From Podarcis liolepis (Eukaryota), in assembly GCA_965112155.1 (NCBI GenBank), contig OZ218102.1: a stretch of DNA of 64,000 nt; one strand, 5' to 3'. The position numbers and the translations under genes were made by a program. A model generated the notes under the pieces. The model did not search any database. It saw only the letters and a program-made list of their open reading frames with translations, and had not been told where the DNA came from. Shown here piece by piece: positions 1 through 11,725 of this stretch (its first letter is position 1; every line of letters starts with the position of its first letter).

Positions 1-1366
1 TGCACCTTTACTACTTCTGTGATACCTTTTGGAGATACTCACTTGCCAGTATGGTTTAACAGCTGCATAATGTCACTGGGTTGAGATGGTTAGACTATTG
101 GAAAGAGTTGCGTATGGATAACATCAAACTACATTTTTTCTTTATTTTGGATCCAGCAGCAGATGTCCTCATCCTGCATAAATACCTACTGACTATTTTG
201 GATAAGAATTAATCAACAGGGATTTAATGGAGACAGGGGGAAATTCCTGTTGAATGTAATCACACTCTTAAAGAACCTGGTTTGCTGCTTGGCAATATCT
301 TTTGAATCCAGGTTTCTTCTTGGAAAGGCCAGGTGGCAACCATGGCCAGGAGTGCTATCTACTGGTTGCATATGGAAAGTAGGAACTTTGTAACTGTTTC
401 CTGTATTAGTGATTTTACAGACAGCTGTGCTTGATGTGGGATTTCTTTTAAAGAGGTCTATTTCAGATGTAAAGTTCCCAGTTTCTTAAATAGGGGTAAG
501 AGTATTAAACTGAATTTCATTGTCTGCTGATGACTGGGTTCTCAGGCAGTCATTTTTTCATAAAATCTTGACTCTGGAGTTTTAAGTTCAACTTTGACAG
601 AAAATGGATAGGTTACCTACATGCCTAACTGGGCGTGTGATTTGACCTCAGTGTTGATCAGTTTCCTTAGCTACTTTGCATGTACTCTCCCTAAATATAG
701 TTTATGAGTAGTGTGGTAGAGATTTTGATGGAATGGGACTTTTAGATGGGTGGGAGGAGAAAAATGAAGTAGTTTTTTTGGAGGGCATGAAAAAGTGGTA
801 AAATTTTCAAGACTGGGGCGCAGAACTTAGTAGTAAAAGCAGCAGTAGCAACATAATCCCCCCACATATTTTCCTTGAACCAATTTTCCCCTGCCCCTTC
901 ACATAATGTAGAGTTGCAATCAGCAGCCAGGCAGGTTGCCATTCCTCCACCCCCCCCCCATGGCCTTGGTTGGAACAACCCTGTGTTTGATCAGTTTGGA
1001 GTGAAATTTTTGAGTACTTTTCCTTATATGGTAAATTTTATTAAATAATGAAAAGATGGTTCTGCCTTTCTTGTTTTGTATTTAATATTGTGACTTTGTA
1101 GTTGCATTCATCATTTAAGATGAATTAAGATCCTGAATATTTTTACTCAGATGTAGCTGCCACTGAGTTTAGTGGAAACTGCTCCTTAATAAATGTGCAG
1201 CCCTAAATGTTAAGCAGTGAGAGATGGCTGACAAATTCTGACATATATTCCAAATTGTATCAGATCAAATTGTATCACTGTCTTTACAGTGAGCAGTTTT
1301 TTTAAAGTCAGCATAAAAAAGAAGAGGTGTTTATATTTTTACATTTGTGTTAAATATTTTTCATAG

Positions 1367-1499
1367 GAACACTTAGTCAGTCTGGATGAGCCAGCTTTGG
1401 AAGTTGGGCACCAAGCTCTGCTTAGACAAGAGCAAGCGAAAATCATTCGGTTCGAGAGGCAAGCGGAAGAATTTATCCATGCAGTCTTTTATCGAAAAG
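1367..1499 (+). CDS. LCOR: LCOR upstream exon (133 nt); open in frame with the downstream CDS, encodes [44 protein letters not shown]; often treated as 5' UTR in mammals
   Basis: Acceptor tttttcatag|G at 1366/1367 and donor AAAG|gttggt at 1499/1500. No stop in the frame that joins exon 2906 and Met 2956. [18 protein letters not shown] resembles the LCORL segment [18 protein letters not shown] (recalled). Confidence 0.8.
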
Positions 1500-2905
1500 G
1501 TTGGTCATGATGAAAGAATGAAATCAATACTCTTAACTGGCTTGCATGCTTGGCTAACTGATCTTTTTAAAATACTTTTTTTGAGATAGCCATGTATTAT
1601 TTCCATAGAATCTCAAGGTTTTTTATCTGTACAAATAATCTATAAAAGGACACTGGCTGACACCTTTAAATATATATTGCACCCGACATGCTTCCCAAGC
1701 ACTTCCCAGAGGCCCAACAATTACCTGGTTTTCAGGCATTTTTGAAGAGCTGCATACAGGGAAGAACAAGACTTTTGAACTATCTCCTGAGTGCTCTGAC
1801 TCCTGTGGCCCAGTGTTGATGTATCAATCCGCCGGTGTTATTGTGATGTTAAATGATTGACATTTGGGCAATCCTACCCACCTGTTAGAAGTTGGCTCAC
1901 AGAGTTGAGGGAAGATAAAGTTCTGTCCCACTGGGCCCGAAAGGCTCACCACCCTCTGGGTAGTTTGTGCTCTAAATTTTGTCTCCATGCAGCGGTGCTA
2001 TGTGATTTTTTTTCTAGAAAAAGAGGTGCAATGAACACTTCTCTTTTTCTCTTATAATGGCAGTCACACCCACCTGGAACTGAGTTCTGGTGCGTTCTAG
2101 CTGAAAAAAGGCCCTGGTAGTGCCCAGCTGTACTGGTGGGAAGAGAAGAATTTTGGGGAGTTACTAATAATAGCATTTACACAACAGAGTTTGTGTTCAA
2201 AGTACCGCACATATATTATCTCAGAACCAGTAAATAGGCAAATATTATATCCATGTGGTTGTGGGGAAGGTAAGAGGAATTGTGGATTTAAGATGGTGTG
2301 TCTAATTCTACCTAGAGACTTTTGACTAAGATGAGATTCACATTGATAATTTATTAGTTCGTTCTCTTTAGCTCAGCTTATTTTGGTTGGCAGATTATTG
2401 TAGACCTAGAATTCTATCTGGGGACATACATAGGGTCTCTGTCTTATGTTGGCAAAGGGCTGTTATACTGGAGGTGATTCTTTAAACCTCTGTACAAAGA
2501 AATACATGCTTAATTTGCCTCGCTCTTCCCATTTCAGCATTGAAGAAATTATTTCATTCTTGTGAATGTATTATATCATTTTTAAATTCTCTGTGTTAAA
2601 AAATGGGCATTGTGATCTTAAGGAGCTGGTGCAGACATAGTGGCTCTTTTAAATGCAGTTAAGAGAGGGAGCTGTAGGGAATGGGTGCACAATTCTGTAA
2701 GTTGCTTCAGATTTTGAAGATGCAATTAAGAGAGCCCCTGATGTAAGATCTGTGCCTTTTTATTGTCTTGCACTTGCACGTTAAAATATTGTAGCTTTTT
2801 TAATTAAAAAAAAACCACAACCCTCAGTATCGGAAGTTGTCTTGCTTTAAAGTTGTTCTACATAAAACTTCCTTCTTATTTATTTTATTTTATTTTACCA
2901 TTTAG

Positions 2906-3193
2906 ACAGTCATAGGGTCTCTGACCCCAACATTCCCCTAGTGGCCCGTGAGATCATGCAGCGGATGATTCGACAGTTTGCTGCTGAATATACCTCAAAA
3001 ACTAGCTCTACTCAGGACTCCAGCTCGCCCAATAGCACAAAGAACCAAAGCCTGCTGAAAGCATCTCTGGTAGCCTCATCCCCTGTGGGTGCAACGGCTC
3101 AAAATCCTGTGCTCAGCAAACTTCTCATGGCTGACCAGGACTCGCCCTTGGACCTCACTGTCAGAAAGTCTCAGTTGGATCCTAGCGAACAAG
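2906..3193 (+). CDS. LCOR: LCOR shared exon with conventional start ATG at 2956 ([12 protein letters not shown]...), LXXLL nuclear-receptor box (LSKLL) and CtBP motif PLDLT
   Basis: T-rich tract ending tttag| at 2905 and donor CAAG|gtatgc at 3193/3194. Translation matches the LCoR N-terminus (NPVLSKLLMADQDSPLDLTVRK). Confidence 0.96.
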
Positions 3194-3707
3194 GTATGCC
3201 ACATTTCTGTTCATAGCCCCTTGCAACCATTTGCAATTTGCTGGCCATTAATGACTAAGTAAATCATAGAACGGAAAGAAGAGAGGCATGGATTGATTAG
3301 TAGTGCATAAGGGAATGGAGAAAAGCTGTGCTGAAAATGGTGCGAAAGTGCTAACAGCTATGTGCCCTCATTTTATTAAGCATATTCCAGATGGATGCTG
3401 GGTCTGCCAGAAAAGAAACTTACTCTCTGGGAAATTTACTTATGCTGAATTAATGGGTTTGATAGTGTACTTCCAGCCTCCATGTAGTGAATTGTGCCTG
3501 TAATCACACTTGGCAAGTATTTTGGCAATTTGCTCATAAGCAGAATGCCTGTAATTGGAGCTGAATACTCAGATTGTCTTACAGCAGCCACTTAGTAAAG
3601 GCTGTTTTATTTACTTAAAATATAGTCCTTCATGTCAATTGTAACTTTCTTTGTGTGTTTAGTTCTTTGTGTGTGACATCTTTTAAGTATGTGGTATCCT
3701 ACACATT

Positions 3708-4059
3708 GGGACGCGGGTGGCGCTATGGGTTAAACCACAGAGCCTAGGACTTGCCGATCAGAAAGTCGGCAGTTCGAATCCCCGCGACGGGGTGAGCTCC
3801 CGTTGCTCGGTCCCTGCTCCTGCCAACCTAGCAGTTCAAAAGCACGTCAAAGTGCAAGTAGATAATAGGTACTGCTCCGACGGGAAGGTAAACGGCATTT
3901 CCGTGCACTGCTCTGGTTCGCCAGAAGCGGCTTAGTCATGCTGGCCACATGACCCGTAAGCTGTACGCCGGCTCCCTTGGCCAATAAAGCGAGATGAGCA
4001 CCGCAACCCCAGAGTTGGTCACGACTGGGCCTAATGGTCAGGGGTCCCTTTACCTTTAC
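3708..4059 (+). mobile_element. Sauria SINE, full length (lacertid/POM-like), with 9-bp TSD cctacacat
   Basis: tRNA-like head with A box (ggtggcgctatgg) and B box (agttcgaatcc), and (accttt)n tail. TSD at 3698-3706 and 4060-4068. Highly similar to the copy at 52563. Confidence 0.93.
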
Positions 4060-4459
4060 CCTACACATAAGAGTGTGTCTTCTGGTGAAGGGCTTTAAAC
4101 AAGATCCACAGATTTTGACTGACCTTGGTAGCCAGGAACCAGTTGTGGTTATCACTGACCCCGTTCTCCACCTGTTCTTCTGGCATGCAAAGGAGATTTG
4201 GTGCAGGGTCAGGACCTTGTGGCTTGTGTCATTCTGAGCCCCAGAAGCATTAGCACTTCTCACTGGTTCCAGGTGATTCTGAAGTCTAGGGCAAAGTCAA
4301 ACAATAGACTTCACCTTTCCCCCAAGTTTCAGCCTTAGTTAAATTACTGCAACTGCCTCACCAGACTTTGGAAATACTGATGCTCCGTCCAGTGTCAGGT
4401 GAAATCAATGCTTTTTGGGTGTTCTAGAAGAAAGATGGAATTTTGTTCCTGACCTTCTG

Positions 4460-4592
4460 GAACACTTGGAAGCAGAGGAACTTCTCATTGATTCCAGGTG
4501 TAGGTTTCCCACAGGCATCAGATTAGCCACTGTGAGAACAGGATGCTTGACTTAATGGGTCATTGACCTGATCCAGGAGGCTCGTACATTCT
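4460..4592 (+). mobile_element. Degenerate 3' end of a squamate CR1-type LINE or CR1-tailed SINE
   Basis: gccactgtgagaacaggatgcttgacttaatgggtcattgacctgatccagg...ttctt resembles the squamate CR1 3' tail (recalled consensus). Confidence 0.55.
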
Positions 4593-6825
4593 TCCAAAGT
4601 CCCGAACATCATCAGAGATGAGCCCCACCTTTCTCATCTTATGCTGGAGGTAGCAGGTGGTTGCCAGCATCTTAAGATATGGTAACTGCATTTGTCAACC
4701 TCTGATTGTGGTGCTTATGTTAAAAGAAAACCTTGGTGTTGACCAAGTGCTTTTGAAAGAGCAAATGCAAGGTTGAAGCAGTTGAATATTTTGTTCTTTT
4801 CCCTTGGAAGTGAACATATACACAGTACTTTTAATGGACCTGAAGAATTTTGCCCTTCATCTTACATTATAATGTATGTTTATTTTAATGCATTCTAGAG
4901 ACAAGAGAAATCCATAAGCTATTGAAAGCAGTTGCCTGCCCTAAAGTTGGATTATTTTGTATGCCACTTGGACTTTGCTGAAAAGTCAATACATATGTGT
5001 TAGAAAATAAAGCACTTTAAAATATTATTTTCTAGCATTTTCTTTTTAGCTTTCTTAAAGACCTTAAGAAATTTTCACATACAGCTTAAGCAACTTGTCC
5101 ATTTTCTAAATCATTACAGTTAGGTAATCTACAGTGCAATCTGATACATGTTTACTAAATAAATCCCACTGTGTTCAATTGTGCTTTCTCCTAAGGGAGT
5201 GTGCATCAAATTCCCACTTTAAACCTGTAACTGCTTTGTTTTCATAGAAAGCTGAAAAAACCATTCATTCTTTCCATTCTGGTATTTCTTGAAAACATAA
5301 TTTGTTTGCCCACTTGCCTTTCTGGTCTCAAGGCTACATATACCTATTCCTGTAACATTTCCTCATATAATTTACCAGAGAGTGTTCCACATATATACAG
5401 AATCCACTAGCTTTTAAACACTTTCTTAAGATATTGAACCAAAAACTTGACCCACTAGAAATAATGTCTAACCGACAAATACTGTTATTACTTAAGTCTT
5501 AATGTAATGCAAATTAGAATTAATCTTTGTCACAGGTTGATGTTGTTGAGTCACACTTAATTTCGTTAGCTACTGTAAGCCTCAAATCCTTGTAAGCATG
5601 CATAGCTGGCTATTCTCCACTTCTGCATGTTATTTCATATGTGTAAAACTTCACCTACACCAGACACAGATGAAAAGTGATAGTGAAAAGGATTGTGAAT
5701 CTCTACCTTGGAAGTATAACATGGGTCTTCTAGTTGGTTTTCTCGCAGAACCAAAGAAGTATTTAATTGGACAAGGTGTAACGAAGTACTGCCCCATCTC
5801 TCTAATAATAAGTAGACTTTTTTCAGACCTTACTCTGGCCCCTTAAATTGCAAAAATACATGTTGAAAAACTAAATATTCTTTATTGTTAAGCAGTATAG
5901 ATGATCTTGAAATTTAGGTTTGCTTTAAATAACATTGCTTTGAATAATTATGAACTTTTTCATTTCTGTGAGCCAAATAGTACATTTTACCATATAAATG
6001 CATCGACAGCAAATATTAACAAACCTCCTTAACTGTACTAACAATGTAGTTACAAACAGACTTGAAACAGTTCCAAAACTGTTTTGATGGAGGAGAGAAC
6101 AGAAAGATTTAGATTCATAATAAAGTTCTGGATAAGAGTCTTAAAGGTGGTCTGTACAACCATAGCTTGTTACTTGTTTGCTAGAAAAGGAGACACTGTT
6201 TCACTGAGCTGCAGTTGCTAAAAAGTGAGTTCCTGTGTGCATTAGAAGTTGCTGTATACTCCATATGCTGGGAATGGAGCTGGATCCCTTGAGAGTTTAG
6301 GTGTTATATGAAACACAGCAATAATTCATTGAGAATCTACCCATCTTATTAAGAAAAAGAAGAGAGAATCTATCCTGCGTGTAGGATGCGGGCATCTGTA
6401 AATTTACACGTTGGCAAATTATCTGGTAACTACACTTGCCACCACTTACCCTTCCTCTTTCCCACTGGCTACCTCTTAAAAGTTGTTAGTAATAACAAGT
6501 AGCTTGTTACCTTCCAGAATTGTGCAGCTTTTAAGAATGTTTATACTTCAGCTTCATGGGAGATAGGCAGTAAGTAGTCTTTGTGTAGAAAAAATGGTTT
6601 CATCAAGCTTACTAGTTAGTCTTCCACTAATGGCTAACAATTATCTTATAAATGCAAAATATATTATTACATGACTTTTAAAAAATCCAGTCACATGACT
6701 TTCTAGCATCTTCTTTACTGCCTTGGAACATGCAAGGCTAGCCTTGCTGAACTAGTTATCTCTGTTCTAACTGAATAGCTCATGGACTGAATATCTGTAC
6801 TGCAGCACTTTTTAAAAAGCAAGAA

Positions 6826-6960
6826 TAGTGGTAGCCAAAGTGGTGCACTCCAGATATTGTGGGGTACAACTCTCATTACCCCAGCCAACATGGCCAGTGG
6901 TCAGGTATAATAGAAGTTGTAGTCTACAGCATCTGGAGAGTGCCCTGTAAGCTATCCCAT
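6826..6960. mobile_element. Degenerate palindromic hAT-type MITE (family of 9207-9342)
   Basis: Inverted arms ctccagat...tacaactc / gttgtag...atctggag. Confidence 0.55.
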
Positions 6961-7645
6961 TAAATTGTATTGTTTTTGCTAAATTTAAAGATGGAATATA
7001 AATATATTAAATAAAATGAAGTGTACCCAGAAAATACTTAATATGAAAGCTGCAGTTTGTTTGCAATAATAATTGTAAGGCAATAAATTCTCCACTCTTG
7101 CTCCTATTTGTAGTACCTGAATTAAACACTTGTTGAGTTTTCTTTTATGGGTACATGAACTTCGGTTCTGCTTGTTAAGATGTTTTTTTCTTTCCTGTTC
7201 TCCTTTGTGTCTTACTTGAAACTATCAATACATAGACTACATCTTAATGAATGTATGGTGGATAACAAGAAGTATACATGCTCAAAAAGAAGTAACTTGA
7301 TCCACTTTTCAGACATTATGAAGTATATGCAGAGAACTATGTTTTGAAATTAACTTGCATTCTATGCTCTCAGATATAATGTGTTCATACTGTTTAATCT
7401 ACCATTAATATTTTATTGAATGAAAGTCATAATATCGATATGTCCTTAACAAAACAAAATAAAGAAAATAAAATAATGGCTGATATGTCAAGAGACTTTG
7501 GTTGAGGTTCAGTAGGAAGTTCCAAAGCAACCCAAGATTAACTGAGACAGCGTTTCAGCCATAAAAACTTACCAAGTTGTATGTTTGTGTGTGTTTAGTT
7601 TTATTAATTTCTTCCTATTCTCAAGTAATTCTCATGTCTCTGCAG

Positions 7646-7739
7646 ACGGAGTACTTGATCTGTCCACTAAGAAAAGTCCATGTGCAGGCAGCGCCTCCTT
7701 GAGCCATTCACCTGGCTGCTCCGCTACTCCTGGGAATGG
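7646..7739 (+). CDS. LCOR: LCOR shared exon (94 nt), DGVLDLSTKKSPCAGSASLSHSPGCSATPGNG, second CtBP motif VLDLS; branch point for the alternative last exons
   Basis: Acceptor tctctgcag| at 7645 and donor AATGG|gtaagg at 7739/7740. Phase 1 in and phase 2 out, which fits both downstream terminal exons. Confidence 0.95.
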
Positions 7740-9206
7740 GTAAGGGAAATTATTAGTATTTTTTAACCTAAAACCCCCCTCAAGTTATTTGCATAACAAC
7801 AAACTGAGGGTCAAATTCTTCCTTATTGCTTCCACAGACAGGGTTGATTTAACCCTTCAGAGTATAATTACATCTTGTTAAAACACCTTCTTCCAATCCT
7901 TAAATATGAAGTCAACTGAAAAATTAATTCCATTTCAGGAATACTTTGGTTTTGTACCTGATATATGAAATGTAGAGCTATGATCTTTCAACCTTTTAAA
8001 ATTTGACTATTTTGACTTTGTTCACATGCTCAGCCACACCTGTGCATTTGACTATGGGAGCATTGGGCCTATGAGGGGGCTAACAACTTGGCAGGGGTTA
8101 TGTTGGGTGCCAGTTGTATGAACAACCATTTCCCCTTGAAGCTTATACAAATGACTACTGCAGTTTTCATGATTGTAGCGAGTCAAAAAGTTTTATCACG
8201 ATGCAGTTTCAGTGGCTTCATGTATGGGGGTATCAGGTCATACAACCAGTGGCTGCACATGATCTTTGTTGGGATGTGAACCTTTGGTAGTTCCATGCAC
8301 ATCCCACAGGTGATCACATGAGGCTTGATAAGTATCTGAACCCGATCTCAGCCTTTGATAGGATGGGATGATGGCTGCTTAGTTTGAATAGATCAGCAAA
8401 CCAAACAGTGTTTCCTTTAGTAGTCAGAATGTCTAGGCAAGGCCACTAAAGTAAAGATAGTGGTTGAGCAAGAATTGTAAAATATTTGTTAGGATTTTTT
8501 TTTGTATAACCTACTATTATAGTACAGTGCTATAATATTTGTTTTCTAATGGCTCATTAGATATATGACGGATTTGTAATTACTTACCTTGGAGCTGTTT
8601 CCAAGATGAATACTCAATAATTCAAACATTCCAAATATTATACTATTATTAGACTAGTAGACAGTTTCTGGGTGCAAATTTTTTTTGGTGAAGGTTATAC
8701 AATCCCATCAACTTTGTATTTTTTGTTGCATGTGCTGATAGGGAGAAGATACATGAAAATAAAGAAATTTGGGGTGATACTTTAAAATGCTGCAATAGAA
8801 TACATTTTTTGTATAATTTTAAAGCTAACCAGCCTTTAGAATATTAAGCGGCTGAATATAGATGTGGAATTACATAATCTTCAAGTTGCTGGACTTCTAG
8901 TGATATAAAAATAACCATTGTTGACAGTCACTGACTTATAACTGCAAAAGAGACATTTAAATTCCTCACAACATGGATATATTACTTAACCCTGTATGTC
9001 AGAACTCTAAATACTGTCTTGTGAAGGAGAATATCAATTTCTGTTCCCTTTCTGAATATTCTAACAGGTTCTGTGCATTTAAAACAAAAAAGTGTTCCTA
9101 CATGGCTGACTGAAAACATCTTCAAGAGATCAGCATGTGTTTCTGCTTTGTACTGTTAAGTTAAATGCCAGTTAACTATTGCCCTTTGTCTTTCAAAGTG
9201 CTAGTT

Positions 9207-9342
9207 CAGGCTTCCTCAAACTCTGCCCTCCAGATGTTTTTGGCCTACAACTCCCATGATCCCTAGCTAGCAGGACCAGTGTTCAGGGATGATAGGAATT
9301 GTAGTCTCAAAACATCTGGAGGGCCGAGTTTGAAGAAGCCTG
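9207..9342. mobile_element. Palindromic non-autonomous hAT MITE (136 bp) with 8-bp TSD
   Basis: TIRs CAGGCTTCCTCAAACTC / GAGTTTGAAGAAGCCTG; flanks tgctagtt (9199-9206) and cactagtt (9343-9350). Confidence 0.85.
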
Positions 9343-9611
9343 CACTAGTTAATCTTTATATCTGGACAGTGATTCACTGTTTTAGAACTAGCTGAAATAT
9401 TCAATGCATATTTAAAGTTCTGGTAGAAATTTATTATTTCCCTTGACACTGGGGTGGTTCTTGTTCAGAATTCATGTGGACTGTTCGTTACCAAATTAAG
9501 AATCTTCAAATTCTGATCAATGTTTAATAGGCATTTGCTAAAGAATTAGGAAGTCCAAACTTGAATGTAAGTTCTTCCTTCTGCCTTGCTATGCATCCAA
9601 ATCTTCTGTAC

Positions 9612-9650
9612 GTTGTTGTTGTCGTCGTCGTCGTCGTTATTGTTGTTGTT
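9612..9650. repeat. Compound (GTT)n/(GTC)n microsatellite, next to a probable - strand LINE tail remnant (~9650-9790)
   Basis: gttgttgttgtcgtcgtcgtcgtcgttattgttgttgtt. Confidence 0.85.
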
Positions 9651-10755
9651 GATTAGATTTCTTACCTGCCCTTCATCATGAGGTCCTAGGGCAGGTTACA
9701 AAAATGTAAAAATACAACATTGAAATACAAATTACAGTAAAGAGAGTAAGGTGGGTCCTAAAATACATATCTCAGATGGCTAGGTTAAAGGGGTCTGTGA
9801 ATATATAAAGGCTGTTTGCTAGATAGGATATACACAGTAATCATCTTAATGAGCAAAGTACCAAGAATGCATTGCATACTTTTTGTTCATATTATTTACA
9901 GGAATTGAAATAATTGTGTGCATAAAACAAGATTGATAGTTTGATTAGACTGTATATCATACTCTTTTTAAAAAATAGATTTAACCTGGATCTGTTTAAT
10001 CAGTAAAGTTGGAAAGAGCGTAATAAATAATACATATGTGGCAAGAAAATATCCTGCTTCTTTACCTAGGCATGTGAAAAACAGAATCAAATTGATATTT
10101 ATGTGACTTATGATTAATTTTAAAAGGAAATGGAGTCTGAATTTGTGCAACATTTTTATTTGAGAACCATTCCGTTTTTCTGTTCTAATGTTTAATGCAA
10201 AATAAGCAAACACCTTTGAGTTCTGCTGAGCGCTCTTGATGCTGAGCAGCAACTTTAGCATATATAGTGTTAATCCATGCCCTCCAGAGCTTTCAGCATT
10301 TTATAAAAAGTGCAGGTGGCTGGTGTGTGAGAGTATGCGTGTTGAATTTGCTGCATTTTGTCACTTGGCTTACTCTTTTATTACTGTACTTGTTTAGTGG
10401 TAACGTCACACTAGTAATACAGTCGTGAATAGACTCTAGCAAATGATTATTCCTTTCTAATCTATAATTAAGATGCTATTTTCAGAAACTTGCGCGAAGC
10501 CTTTTCTGCTCCAAGATTTTGTGAACCCAACCAAAGACCAGCTGACAGGTTTCGTTTTTCTTTGCCCAAAAAGCTTCTCTTTATTTTTGAACAATTTTTT
10601 AAAAAACTGACTGCTGAGACTTAAAAAAATAAAAATAAAAACCCACAAAAGTGATGTTACCCAAGCAAGGTCTTCTAATAAAGGAGTGGCCCCCTCACCC
10701 ATTCCTCCCTACCTGTGCAAGTCCTGCTCACATCAGTTTCCTTCCATCCAATTAG

Positions 10756-11725
10756 GCGACCTGGGAGACCCAGCCAGCACCATGCAGAGGGACTTCGGAG
10801 TGGTGATGGGGTGCCCCCGAGAAGTTGGCAGGATGGAACGAGGGAAGGGTCTGGCCACTCCACATCTCTCAAAGTTCCATTGGCTCGATCACTGCAGATA
10901 AGCGAAGAACTGCTGAGCAGAAACCAGCATGCTACAGCTGCCAGCCATGGGCCGTCTGGGCTGCAGAATCACGGACAGCACATGATACTATCCAGGGAGG
11001 CTTCTTGGGCAAAACCACACTACGAATTCAACTTCACCCGAATGAAATTCAGGGGAAACGGTGCACTCAGCAACATCAGTGACCTTCCTTTTCTTACAGA
11101 AAATTCAGCCTTTCAAAAAATGGCACTTCAAACTAAACAGGATGGGAAAAAGGACATGAGCCATTCAACTCCTGTGGATTTAAAGATACCACAAGTTCGA
11201 GGCATGGACCTTTCATGGGAGTCACGTTCTGGCGACCAGTATAGCTATAGCTCTTTGGTGATGGGTTCACAAACGGAGAGCGCGCTTAGTAAAAAGTTAA
11301 GGGCTATCCTTCCGAAACAAAACAGAAGGAGCTTGCTGGATCCCGGACCAGACTCCTGGGGCTCAGATGCTGAGCAATCTACCTCTGGACAGCCATATCC
11401 CACCTCTGATCAAGAGGGAGATCCTGGCTCTAAGCAACCTCGGAAGAAAAGAGGCAGATACAGACAGTACAACAGTGAGATATTGGAAGAAGCGATCTCT
11501 GTGGTGATGAGTGGGAAAATGAGCGTCTCCAAAGCTCAGAGTATTTATGGGATTCCCCATAGCACCCTGGAATATAAAGTGAAAGAGAGGCTGGGCACTT
11601 TGAAAAACCCTCCAAAGAAAAAAATGAAATTAATGCGGCCGGAGGGACAGGATGTCTCTGTAAAGCTTGAGATAGATCCCCAGGGAGAGGCAGCACAGAG
11701 TGCGAATGAGTCAAAGGATGATTAG
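10756..11725 (+). CDS. LCOR: LCOR proximal last exon (CDS part): LCoR isoform with C-terminal pipsqueak-type helix-turn-helix and basic NLS; spliced CDS 238+94+970 nt = 433 aa
   Basis: Acceptor ccaattag|G at 10755/10756. ORF 10715-11725 contains KQPRKKRGRYRQYNSEILEEAISVVMSGKMSVSKAQSIYGIPHSTLEYKVKER. Stop TAG at 11723-11725. Confidence 0.97.

Noticed and set aside
3708-3790. tRNA-like A/B boxes here and at 52563, 53900 and 62640
   Set aside because: These are SINE heads with bodies, tails or TSDs; no complete cloverleaf.
3717-4263. Similar ORFs at 3717/3847 and 52310/52612 suggesting a duplicated gene
   Set aside because: Translations of two Sauria SINE copies.
10715-10755. ORF-track start of the 336-aa ORF
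   Set aside because: GTG in intronic sequence upstream of acceptor 10756.
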